Positions 1-7,709 of a stretch of 64,000 nt of DNA are shown one piece after another. Position 1 is the first letter of the stretch; each line of letters begins with the position of its first letter. The stretch is from a virus (Duplodnaviria; Caudoviricetes). The stretch lies in IMG/VR virus record IMGVR_UViG_3300020131_000101, positions 1,091-65,090 of that record. One strand, written 5' to 3'. Made by a program: the position numbers and the translations under genes. The notes beneath the pieces are model-generated. The model ran no database searches and had not been told where the DNA came from. It was given only the letters and a program-made list of their open reading frames with translations.

Positions 1-210
1 GAGCACGGCCGCGTCGACCAAGGGAGGCAACGCATCTGGGTGTCCTCGCTGGCTGAAATCGAACAGGTGGGCCGAGCGCATAAACCGATTCAGGTGGTCG
101 TCCCGGCTTTCTTGAATGCGCAGCTCTCCGACAACAGGCTTAAGCGTGCTCAACTGCCAGCGTGGAACCTGCTTGCCTTCGTTCCATAAACGGACAACGC
201 TAACTTTCAT
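1..210 (-). CDS. Partial hypothetical protein (runs off window), divergent from SRAP, probably LexA-regulated
   Basis: ATG at 210; open frame MKVSVVRLWNEGKQVPRWQL...LPPLVDAAVL to base 1; SOS box 21 bp upstream. Confidence 0.7.
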   Translation of the reverse strand, partial: MKVSVVRLWNEGKQVPRWQLSTLKPVVGELRIQESRDDHLNRFMRSAHLFDFSQRGHPDALPPLVDAAVL

Positions 211-230
211 GCCGGCACGTCACACCAATA

Positions 231-250
231 TACTGTATATAAATACAGTA
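231..250. promoter_or_regulatory. LexA (SOS) box
   Basis: TACTGTATATAAATACAGTA, a near-perfect CTGT-N8-ACAG consensus between divergent genes. Confidence 0.93.
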
Positions 251-307
251 TATCGCAAACCTGCGCCACAACAAGATCACCTCGGGCAATGACATTACAA
301 TAAGGGT

Positions 308-946
308 ATGTGTGCCAACTACCGCCCCTCTACCCGCGAGCTGCTGCAGCAGCATTTCCAGGTCGCGCCGCCGGATCCTGAGTTCAAGGACGAAGCTTTC
401 CCGGGATACATGGCGCCGTTCATCCGGCCGCCGAGCGCTGATTCCGTACTAGGCGATCGAGCATGCACGCTCGGTATGTTCGGCATGGTCCCGCACTGGG
501 CCGATACGAAGCTCGCGCGGCAGACCTACAACGCCCGCACCGAGACGGTCGCGAGCAAGCCCAGCTTCCGCAACGCATGGAAGCGCCGGCAGTTCTGCAT
601 CATCCCGTTGGTTTCTTTTTATGAGCCGAACTATGAATCCGGCAAAGCTGTGCGCTGGGAGATCGCAGACGCTGACGGCGGGCCGCTGGGAATCGCGGGA
701 ATCTGGGACCACAAGCAGGAAGGGCCGAACGGCCTCCCCCTCCTATCATTCTCGATGTTGACCATCAACGCCGACGGCCATCCGCTGATGCAGCGCTTCC
801 ACAAGCCGGACGACGAGAAACGCATGCTGGTCATTCTCCGACCGGATCAGTATGACGAATGGCTGCATGTGCCGGTCAATGACGCGCCGAACTTCTTCGA
901 ACGCTATCCAGCTGAACGCTTGGTGGCAAATCCCGCGCCACGGTGA
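308..946 (+). CDS. SOS response-associated peptidase (SRAP/YedK/HMCES family)
   Basis: N-terminal MC, YNARTET, CIIP..FYE, AGIW, LT..A, H..RM motifs. Confidence 0.93.
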   Translation: MCANYRPSTRELLQQHFQVAPPDPEFKDEAFPGYMAPFIRPPSADSVLGDRACTLGMFGMVPHWADTKLARQTYNARTETVASKPSFRNAWKRRQFCIIPLVSFYEPNYESGKAVRWEIADADGGPLGIAGIWDHKQEGPNGLPLLSFSMLTINADGHPLMQRFHKPDDEKRMLVILRPDQYDEWLHVPVNDAPNFFERYPAERLVANPAPR

Positions 947-952
947 CGTGAA

Positions 953-1138
953 ATGGAAAAGTCTGCCCTCTCCCTTTTACAGCATGACGAACTGTGCGAA
1001 GTCCGCACCGATCAAGGCATTCGCGAGGCCAGATGGCGACCGAACAGCCGCATTTTCTACTTCACAGACAACAATGAGCCGCGGTTCATCCCTGCCGAGG
1101 ATACGCTGGAATGGTGGCAGGCGTGGGTGAAATTCTGA
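953..1138 (+). CDS. Small hypothetical protein
   Basis: 61-aa ORF 6 bp after SRAP, Trp-rich. Confidence 0.55.
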   Translation: MEKSALSLLQHDELCEVRTDQGIREARWRPNSRIFYFTDNNEPRFIPAEDTLEWWQAWVKF

Positions 1139-1183
1139 GGCCCTGACCTGCTTATATACCCCTAGCTTCTGGCAACGGCCTCT

Positions 1184-1456
1184 TCACAGGCAAGGCCGGC
1201 TGCCAGCGTTCATTTCCGCGGCGATCGCGTACGGCAGCAGATCTTTCACTTGGCCAGCCAATTCGACAAGCAGCGTTAGCATCGCCTGGCGGACCTCTTC
1301 ATTGTAATTTTGAAAAAGCTCGTCTGAAACGATCAATGCCAACGCCTTGATCTGGTCTACAGACCGCAGCAGCACACCCGTTTCCGCCCCCTCCTCAATG
1401 ACAACGGCTTTCCCGCCAACGCAGGGAAAATACAATGTTTTCTTCTGGGTATCCAT
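1184..1456 (-). CDS. Hypothetical helical protein
   Basis: 90-aa ORF with GAG-containing RBS. Confidence 0.55.
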   Translation of the reverse strand: MDTQKKTLYFPCVGGKAVVIEEGAETGVLLRSVDQIKALALIVSDELFQNYNEEVRQAMLTLLVELAGQVKDLLPYAIAAEMNAGSRPCL

Positions 1457-1513
1457 ATACTCGTTTCTCGTTAGACTGTTACGACGAACGAAGAATGCCT
1501 AAAGGACACGCTC

Positions 1514-2764
1514 ATGAGTGAGAAAAAATCTACCGGTCACCAAAATCATGACGAGGCCATGGAGAGGGACAGAAAGATTGACCAAGGGACGGACGAGAGA
1601 GTGGCCGCGGGGATCCGGAATGTTCACGACATTGTGGCCGAGTACCACAAAGCCAACGAAAGCAGCATGAGCATGCGGAATATCCTGCCGCTGGTTAGAG
1701 AACACGTCGATGGCCCGGTACAGGATTGGCTCGCAAAGTACAAGTCAGAGCCGTTTTCATTTTCGACAATGCTGGCAACTGAAGGGCTGCGAGGTTCACT
1801 GTGTTTCGACCGGCTCTGCGACGCGATGGAAGCGCAGTATGGGTGGGATTTCAATCTGATGTTCCCCGACTTGGGGCCAACAAGCTCCTCGCTCGTCTAC
1901 TTCTCATTCTTCTGCTGCGCCCATTACGGGGACACCGAGGAAGTTGTGATGATTTGCACCGTCCGAGAGGAAGGAAAACCTCGTAGCACTTCGATCGACA
2001 CCAGGCGCACAAAACGACGGAACGCCCCCAAGAAGAAGGCCAAGGCAATGCTGCACAGTGAGGTCGATTTTCTAGAAAACGGCCCAGGTGATCGCTACTG
2101 CCAGCTGTGCCACCGATTTACCGAACAAGCCGATGAAGTCCTCCGTGTTTTCCAGAACCCGGATGAAATCAAATTAACGACTGCGCGCGCCAAAGAGCTT
2201 TTGAAGAATCCCAAGGTTCGCTTCTATACGCCAGGATTCAGCGATGAATATTGCAAACACCACTCGCCAAAGAAACAGCCAGTGGCTTACAAAAAGGCGT
2301 TGGGACGCCGATCGCTTTATTACGCCACTCGAAAATTTCTGATCCTCGTCCGGCAGGCAAGACGGATAGGCGCTGGGCATATTTCCGTTGTGCGCAAAGC
2401 GTCATTCCTGATCGCGAACGAATGTCCCGACCAGAAACTCATCAAAGAGATCCCATCGATTGTCCGTGGCTGGCGTGATTATGACGACGGCGAAGACGAC
2501 GAAAACTGGCGACATCAAATCTCGTCACATATGGACAAGATCATCGCATCATTTCAGTCGGCGGCGCATCCATTAACTCGGCTTACGGAGTCAATTGCAA
2601 CTGACAGTTTAGGAGAACTGTACAGTCTCGCAAAGCAAATGGACCTGCTTACCGATCTCGAGGAGGCCCTTGGGGCATCAGGCTTTATCTTCGACCCGTA
2701 TGTGGTCTCCCTGAAGAACGGCGGCACGGTTTTTGGCTACCAGCTGAGCAACGAAGGCGACTAA
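1514..2764 (+). CDS. Hypothetical protein with putative Zn-binding motif (CQLC...YCKHH)
   Basis: 416-aa ORF, AAGGA RBS, moron orientation. Confidence 0.75.
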   Translation: MSEKKSTGHQNHDEAMERDRKIDQGTDERVAAGIRNVHDIVAEYHKANESSMSMRNILPLVREHVDGPVQDWLAKYKSEPFSFSTMLATEGLRGSLCFDRLCDAMEAQYGWDFNLMFPDLGPTSSSLVYFSFFCCAHYGDTEEVVMICTVREEGKPRSTSIDTRRTKRRNAPKKKAKAMLHSEVDFLENGPGDRYCQLCHRFTEQADEVLRVFQNPDEIKLTTARAKELLKNPKVRFYTPGFSDEYCKHHSPKKQPVAYKKALGRRSLYYATRKFLILVRQARRIGAGHISVVRKASFLIANECPDQKLIKEIPSIVRGWRDYDDGEDDENWRHQISSHMDKIIASFQSAAHPLTRLTESIATDSLGELYSLAKQMDLLTDLEEALGASGFIFDPYVVSLKNGGTVFGYQLSNEGD

Positions 2765-2780
2765 AACCAGTAATCGACAA

Positions 2781-3194
2781 TCAACAAACTCCAAGGACAA
2801 GCTCTTTACCCAGTGCCCGCAATGCCTCCTGAATCGTGTCGATCTTGGTAGCGTGCCCAAGGTCGATCAGCCGATTCACGTCCTGCGGCCTGGCACCTAG
2901 CCGACGCGCCAGCTCAACCGGCTTCACTTGCTGCGCCAGCATCTCGTTCAGCAAAAGCACCTTGGCCGACATGCTGGCCGGCAGTTCGACATACTGGAAT
3001 TTGCCGCGCATCTTGCTCGGCAACGGCACCGGCCGGCGATCATCAAAATAGAACTCCATCGCCGTTTCCAGCGCGTCCTTGGCCATCTGCAGCGCTTCCT
3101 CTTCAGTCGATCCAGAAGTCAGCGCCTCCGGAATATCCGGGAACGACACGCAAAAGCCGTCGCCGTCACGCTCGATCGTTACAGGGTATCGCAT
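2781..3194 (-). CDS. hicB: HicB family antitoxin with C-terminal HTH
   Basis: YPVTIERDGDGFCVSFPDIPEALTSGSTEEEA signature; HTH C-terminus. Confidence 0.93.
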   Translation of the reverse strand: MRYPVTIERDGDGFCVSFPDIPEALTSGSTEEEALQMAKDALETAMEFYFDDRRPVPLPSKMRGKFQYVELPASMSAKVLLLNEMLAQQVKPVELARRLGARPQDVNRLIDLGHATKIDTIQEALRALGKELVLGVC

Positions 3195-3283
3195 ACGCTT
3201 TTCTCCATCATTGGTTCGAAAATCGAACCACGAGGGCCGTGAAATATCGCGAGTTACCGGAAGCCCCTTTCGGGGCTCCCTCC

Positions 3284-3460
3284 TTACTTGATCCCGAGTT
3301 GTTTCAGAATCCTCTGCCTGAGTCCTTCGCCAATTTCATGGCTTGGGTGCCTCGGCAGGGTGGTCTGTTTGCCTTGGTAGTAGAGCTTCAGGTGCTTGCT
3401 GCCGTCCTTCGTTTCTACCCCTTGAGCCTCCAGCCACCGCCGGAACTCGCTTTGCTTCAC
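3284..3460 (-). CDS. hicA: HicA family toxin (mRNA interferase)
   Basis: GTG start after GGGAGG; KQSEFRRWL..GSKHLKL..LPRHP..EIGEGL..ILKQLG. Confidence 0.92.
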   Translation of the reverse strand: MKQSEFRRWLEAQGVETKDGSKHLKLYYQGKQTTLPRHPSHEIGEGLRQRILKQLGIK

Positions 3461-3491
3461 CGCACCTCCCTTATTCGTTGAACATGGAGAA

Positions 3492-3520
3492 AGTATAAGC
3501 AATTTCGTTTATATACGCAA
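3492..3520 (-). promoter_or_regulatory. Sigma70 promoter of hicAB
   Basis: TTGCGT-17 bp-TATACT on minus strand; imperfect palindrome ATAAGC..GTTTAT in the spacer may be the HicB operator. Confidence 0.7.
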
Positions 3521-3563
3521 GAACTTTTTTAAACTTTTTTGTTTATTTTTTTAGGAGCATTAC

Positions 3564-4382
3564 TTACGCAGCCTGCGCGGCAACCATCCTTGCAAGCACG
3601 TCTGCTGCAGCGTTGTAGCCGTCGTCCAGCAGCCGCTGGCGCAGATCAAGCGGCATGTTCCTGTCCAGGCTCGAAGCGTATCCAGTCTCCACGAATGCCA
3701 CTTTCGCTCCGGCCGCTGCCGCCAGATCGACGTGCGTGTTCTCGTTCGACGCCATCATGAGATCGATCACCCGCGGCACAATATCCAGGAATGAGTACAC
3801 TCCGGGCTGCATCGGCGAGGCCTTGGAAACAAGCTGGATGCCAAGTCGCGGCACTGAATCGATCTCCAGCCGGTCGACCGGGATATTGTTCACCATGCCA
3901 CCATCCATCAGCATGGCGCCGCTGATCTGGATGGGGGAGTACACGAACGGGATCGCGGCGGAGGCACGCGCAGCGAGGGCTACCGACGCGAACGGTGTCG
4001 TCTCCTTGCTGAACTCAAAAGTCACCTGGTTCGCTACGTCGGACGCCATCACCACCAGATCCACATCAAGGTCGGCAAAGGTCTTGCGACCGGTATTCTC
4101 TTCCAGCCACTCCTGAAGCGTGTTGCCGGAGCAGTAGCCGAGATTGGTCATGAGCGCCCACAAGGAGAAGCTGAGCATGTCGGACCAGTCACGCGATAGG
4201 GTCAGCTCGCGCATCTGCTCAAGCGGCATGCCGCAGGCCGCCATCGTGCCGACGATCGAGCCACCGGACGTGCCAGCGTACTGGACCGGCGTGAAACCCG
4301 CATCCCGGATGGCCAGCAGCGCGCCAACATGAGCCGGAAACTTGAACCCCGAACCGCTCAAGGCAATACGGATCGGCTTCAT
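3564..4382 (-). CDS. Patatin-like phospholipase
   Basis: ALSGSGFK oxyanion loop, GTSGG nucleophile elbow, ASAAIP, DGG catalytic Asp; start at MKPIRIAL overlaps the upstream stop (ATGA). Confidence 0.92.
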   Translation of the reverse strand: MKPIRIALSGSGFKFPAHVGALLAIRDAGFTPVQYAGTSGGSIVGTMAACGMPLEQMRELTLSRDWSDMLSFSLWALMTNLGYCSGNTLQEWLEENTGRKTFADLDVDLVVMASDVANQVTFEFSKETTPFASVALAARASAAIPFVYSPIQISGAMLMDGGMVNNIPVDRLEIDSVPRLGIQLVSKASPMQPGVYSFLDIVPRVIDLMMASNENTHVDLAAAAGAKVAFVETGYASSLDRNMPLDLRQRLLDDGYNAAADVLARMVAAQAA

Positions 4383-4567
4383 TTCGCGGCCTCGGTCGGC
4401 TTTTCGACAGAAACCGGCGTGCCGGGCGCGGCGTGCGGCGTGTTGTAGGTCGCAATGACGGACCAGGATACGTTCAGGCCAGCGCAACCGGTCAGCCCGG
4501 CCATCAGCCCAACGAGCACCGTAACCAGCAGGCCGACGCGCGCGCAGTAGAACAAATCGAGCTTCAT
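4379..4567 (-). CDS. Small lipoprotein of the lysis cassette
   Basis: Hydrophobic signal and lipobox LTG-C; 35-aa mature peptide; ATGA overlaps on both sides. Confidence 0.75.
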   Translation of the reverse strand: MKLDLFYCARVGLLVTVLVGLMAGLTGCAGLNVSWSVIATYNTPHAAPGTPVSVEKPTEAAK

Positions 4568-5085
4568 CCAAGAACCTCCCTTGCTTTTTCATGCAGCGCG
4601 ACGCGCTGCTCATAGTGGGTGTATCCGCCGTTGATCAGCTTCGTGATCCGGCGGAAGTTGCCGGCGTCGGCCAGCGCGTTGAGCCCGTGGGAATGCCAGA
4701 ACCAGGCGGCCGACCGGCACGCGTTGCGCGGATCTTCGAGCAGTTCTGGGAAGTGCAACAGCCGGTCATCGCCGAAAAGCGCCATCGAACAGGACAGGTA
4801 GTTCGCCCGGCCCGTGACCTGGATCAGGCCGCGCCCCTTGAAGCGGACACCGTCGCCCTCCTCCGAATTGCCGAGGTCCTTCCGGTTCTCGTAGGCCTCG
4901 CCACTCGCCAGCTCACGCACGTAGAGCAGCTGACCGGATTCGTGGCCAATCTGCGCTAGGAAGGCAGCCTGCCGCGCGGGCGTGTTGATCTCGTACTCGG
5001 CCATTGCTGCGACCAGGTGCGGAAGGAACAGGTCCACGCGCCGCTTTGCCAGCGGCATGATGGCCAGCAGCTGGTCGCCGGTCAT
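4564..5085 (-). CDS. Endolysin, glycoside hydrolase family 19
   Basis: AAFLAQIGHES, FKGRGLIQVTGRANY, SAAWFW, ITKLINGG. Confidence 0.95.
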   Translation of the reverse strand: MTGDQLLAIMPLAKRRVDLFLPHLVAAMAEYEINTPARQAAFLAQIGHESGQLLYVRELASGEAYENRKDLGNSEEGDGVRFKGRGLIQVTGRANYLSCSMALFGDDRLLHFPELLEDPRNACRSAAWFWHSHGLNALADAGNFRRITKLINGGYTHYEQRVALHEKAREVLG

Positions 5086-5348
5086 TGGGCGCCCCGCTTG
5101 TCAGCGCAGACGCGACGGCGGTTTGTGACCACGAACGCGGCAATACCGACATTCAGCACGACATCCGACCAGGTCGGCGTCGGGCTGCCGTAGACGGGCC
5201 CGAGCAGGACCGCGCCCGCACCGGTCACCATCACCACCCACGCGAAGCGGATGCCGTGCTTGGTGCACCTGGACATGTTGTTGATGGCGCCGAACAGACC
5301 AACGCCGAAGATCACCGCCGCCGCGGCGAGATTCACGGCAAGGATCAT
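5082..5348 (-). CDS. Putative holin/antiholin (about 3 TM)
   Basis: 88-aa hydrophobic protein with basic C-terminus, directly upstream of the endolysin. Confidence 0.7.
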   Translation of the reverse strand: MILAVNLAAAAVIFGVGLFGAINNMSRCTKHGIRFAWVVMVTGAGAVLLGPVYGSPTPTWSDVVLNVGIAAFVVTNRRRVCADKRGAQ

Positions 5349-5707
5349 TTGACATCCCCCTGCTTCCGCAGCCAGTTCAGCCCAGCAGGAATGAGCACCT
5401 GAGCTGTGAGACCGAGGCCCGCTGCACAGGCCATACGGACACCACCTCCGGTACCGACGAGCCAAGGGAAGTAATGGACAGCAGCGGCCGCAATCACTGG
5501 GGCAAAAAAGCCTGCCAGGATGGATGAGCTCGCGACCGTCCCGGCAATCTTCAGCGCCGGCATAGACGGCAGATAGGAAAGCGACACGAGACCGCCGAAG
5601 AACCCGGCAAGCAGTGCGTCATAGTGCACACCGAGGATTGACCCGGTTAGCGTGATCGTCCCGGCCGCGATCGTCACGCCGACCGTGGAGCTTGCTGGTT
5701 CAGCCAT
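5345..5707 (-). CDS. Putative holin (3-4 TM)
   Basis: 120-aa hydrophobic protein, first gene of the lysis cassette. Confidence 0.7.
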   Translation of the reverse strand: MAEPASSTVGVTIAAGTITLTGSILGVHYDALLAGFFGGLVSLSYLPSMPALKIAGTVASSSILAGFFAPVIAAAAVHYFPWLVGTGGGVRMACAAGLGLTAQVLIPAGLNWLRKQGDVK

Positions 5708-5735
5708 TGAGAGCCTTTCTTATTGTTGAGGCAAT

Positions 5736-5758
5736 AAAAAAGCCGCCCTTGGGCGGCC
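5736..5758 (-). terminator. Rho-independent terminator between tail and lysis genes
   Basis: GGCCGCCC-AA-GGGCGGCT followed by a T-run. Confidence 0.75.
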
Positions 5759-5778
5759 TGCATGGGGATGGGTTGGCA

Positions 5779-6312
5779 CTACAGCGGCTCTTGCTCCGGC
5801 GCCGGGGCGGCGGCCTCAATCTCGGCCAGAAGCTCTTCCTCAGTCGGGATCGCCCGCTGATGTGCTTTCACGGCATTGAGGATGCCAGCAGCCGTGTTCC
5901 AGACAAGCGAGCGCCAGGCGCGCAGCGCGCGGCCTTCATTCTGGAAGCGAGGAACTGCTGGCTCTTCGGCGTAGCTGATCGCGTGAAGGATCGGGGAAAC
6001 CTCCGGTCGGTTCGGATCTCCGTAGCCGAACAAGCGCGCCACGTCGTCCAGTCGCTTCTGCACTACGCCGTCGTAATGTTTGATCAACTGCTCCTGGGTC
6101 GGCTGCAGCGCTGCATTGTGTTCGTCCATCCGTATCTGACTAAACACCAGTGAACTGCCCTGCCTAACCATCCCGCCAAGCGTGATTTCCGGCAGCGGGC
6201 CGTCCTTACGCTCGTCCCAAAGAACGCGCGACTGGTCAAAGTACCCACCGCCCTCGCCGATCTCTATCACCTCTTGTGTTCCAATCGGTGAGTTGACAAG
6301 TAATTTACTCAT
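5779..6312 (-). CDS. Putative tail fibre assembly/accessory protein
   Basis: Follows the fibre gene with overlap; AISYA..F..EGRAL.AWR..VW C-terminus typical of fibre-associated proteins. Confidence 0.65.
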   Translation of the reverse strand: MSKLLVNSPIGTQEVIEIGEGGGYFDQSRVLWDERKDGPLPEITLGGMVRQGSSLVFSQIRMDEHNAALQPTQEQLIKHYDGVVQKRLDDVARLFGYGDPNRPEVSPILHAISYAEEPAVPRFQNEGRALRAWRSLVWNTAAGILNAVKAHQRAIPTEEELLAEIEAAAPAPEQEPL

Positions 6313-7709
6313 GCTCCAACCTTTCGAATAGAGAACGATGACCCCGCGCTTACGCCGAGATTAGTTCCATCTGTGTGCGCCCGAATAACATCACCCGCGG
6401 TGCAATAGGCGGTAGCGGTGACGTGTGAATATGTGTTGTCTGCCGGACAGTACTGCGCTACCAGTCGGTCGGAGACATTGATCGAGGTAACGCCTGTTGT
6501 CAGTTGCGCAGAATTGAGTGAAACGCCGATTGAGGCAGTTCCACCGTCTGTTCGATCTACGTAGGTAATGGAATAAAACCCGGTCTCGTTGATCGTAAAC
6601 GTTGCACCCAACGTAGCGCTGTCTGCGTAAGTTATCGCGGTGCCAACGCTTGTAATCGTTGTGGTGAATCGCCGGATCTTATTGTTGGTTGACCCGTGGC
6701 CATTAGACCCAGATAGAACAACCGCGTGATTTCCAACACTGGACGTCCCGGCGTCACCAGTCCTATAAAAATTAACCGTAACTGCGTCACCGTCAGTAAT
6801 CGAACCTGCGCCCGTTACATAGGTCAAGTTGAACGTATTCCAGGTGCCGTTATCGGTCACGCTTCCAGTGATCCGGTAGATCGCAAACTTCGTCGGGTCG
6901 GTCGATTTCGCAACCTTCAATGTACCCTTGACGGTCGATGTTGAGTCATCCCATGTTGCAAGCTCTGCCGCGATTCCGTTTGTGTCGGCATCGGTTTCAG
7001 AAATGTAAAGTTTCGTGGCCGAGGCGAGCGTCGTGTTGTCGAATTTAAGCTTGCCGGCGGTAGGGTCAGTCGCCGAAGTGTTGTTCGAATAGGTGTATGC
7101 CAGACCTGCATTTTTTCCATTCGTACCGTTTGTGCCGGGGTTGCCTGTCTCACCCTTGTCGCCCGTCCTTGTGAAAAGTAGAAGCAGCGAATCCCCATTC
7201 GTGAAGGGACTTCCTGAACTCGATGCAACCTTAACGACGGTCAGATTCCGATAACCTGACTCCGAGCCCTTCGCTGTCAGATTGAAATCGATCCACTTCG
7301 TAGGATCAGCCATCTTCACTAAGCGGATTTGTCCCTTTACTGCGCTGGTACTATCGTCAAACGAGTCAATCAGATCAGTGTACGTTGACAAATCCGCCCC
7401 AGACAAATCGACGCGAATCGCGGTAGATGTGTCCTGCGCCGACTGATTCAGCCGAAGCTTTCCAGCGCCGGGATCCTCATCAGTCGTTGCACTATCGAAC
7501 GTGTAAGGAATAGCAAACGCAGTACCTGCGGCAATAGCGTTCAATGCGGCAGCCAACGCGTTCACCTGATCCTTCCATGTATTTACCTCGGTGATATGCG
7601 TCGGCATGGCAGCGATCCATGCTGCCCACGCTGCATCGAACGTGGACTGGGATTGCGTGCGCGCCGGTGCCGGAGTTGGCATCGCAGTGATGGTTTGCGT
7701 AACGGACAT
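6309..7709 (-). CDS. Tail fibre / receptor-binding protein
   Basis: Thr/Ser/Gly-rich; two ~120-aa tandem domains and a short G-X-Y linker; position at the end of the tail operon. Confidence 0.75.
   Translation of the reverse strand: MSVTQTITAMPTPAPARTQSQSTFDAAWAAWIAAMPTHITEVNTWKDQVNALAAALNAIAAGTAFAIPYTFDSATTDEDPGAGKLRLNQSAQDTSTAIRVDLSGADLSTYTDLIDSFDDSTSAVKGQIRLVKMADPTKWIDFNLTAKGSESGYRNLTVVKVASSSGSPFTNGDSLLLLFTRTGDKGETGNPGTNGTNGKNAGLAYTYSNNTSATDPTAGKLKFDNTTLASATKLYISETDADTNGIAAELATWDDSTSTVKGTLKVAKSTDPTKFAIYRITGSVTDNGTWNTFNLTYVTGAGSITDGDAVTVNFYRTGDAGTSSVGNHAVVLSGSNGHGSTNNKIRRFTTTITSVGTAITYADSATLGATFTINETGFYSITYVDRTDGGTASIGVSLNSAQLTTGVTSINVSDRLVAQYCPADNTYSHVTATAYCTAGDVIRAHTDGTNLGVSAGSSFSIRKVGA

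Noticed and set aside
780-795. CCGCTGATGCAGC as a left att copy of the mutS core
   Set aside because: Short partial match inside the intact SRAP reading frame; not preceded by a mutS 5' end
3564-4382. Patatin as a CBASS CapV effector
   Set aside because: No CD-NTase or Cap2/3 nearby, and the gene is coupled to the lysis operon
4383-4613. 77-aa N-terminal extension of the patatin ORF in the ORF track
   Set aside because: Overlaps the lipoprotein and endolysin genes; the ATG at 4382 has a GAGG RBS, an ATGA overlap and begins the patatin fold
6309-7709. Diversity-generating retroelement or invertible tail-fibre cassette
   Set aside because: No reverse transcriptase, invertase or near-identical TR/VR pair seen; the internal repeats are old and diverged
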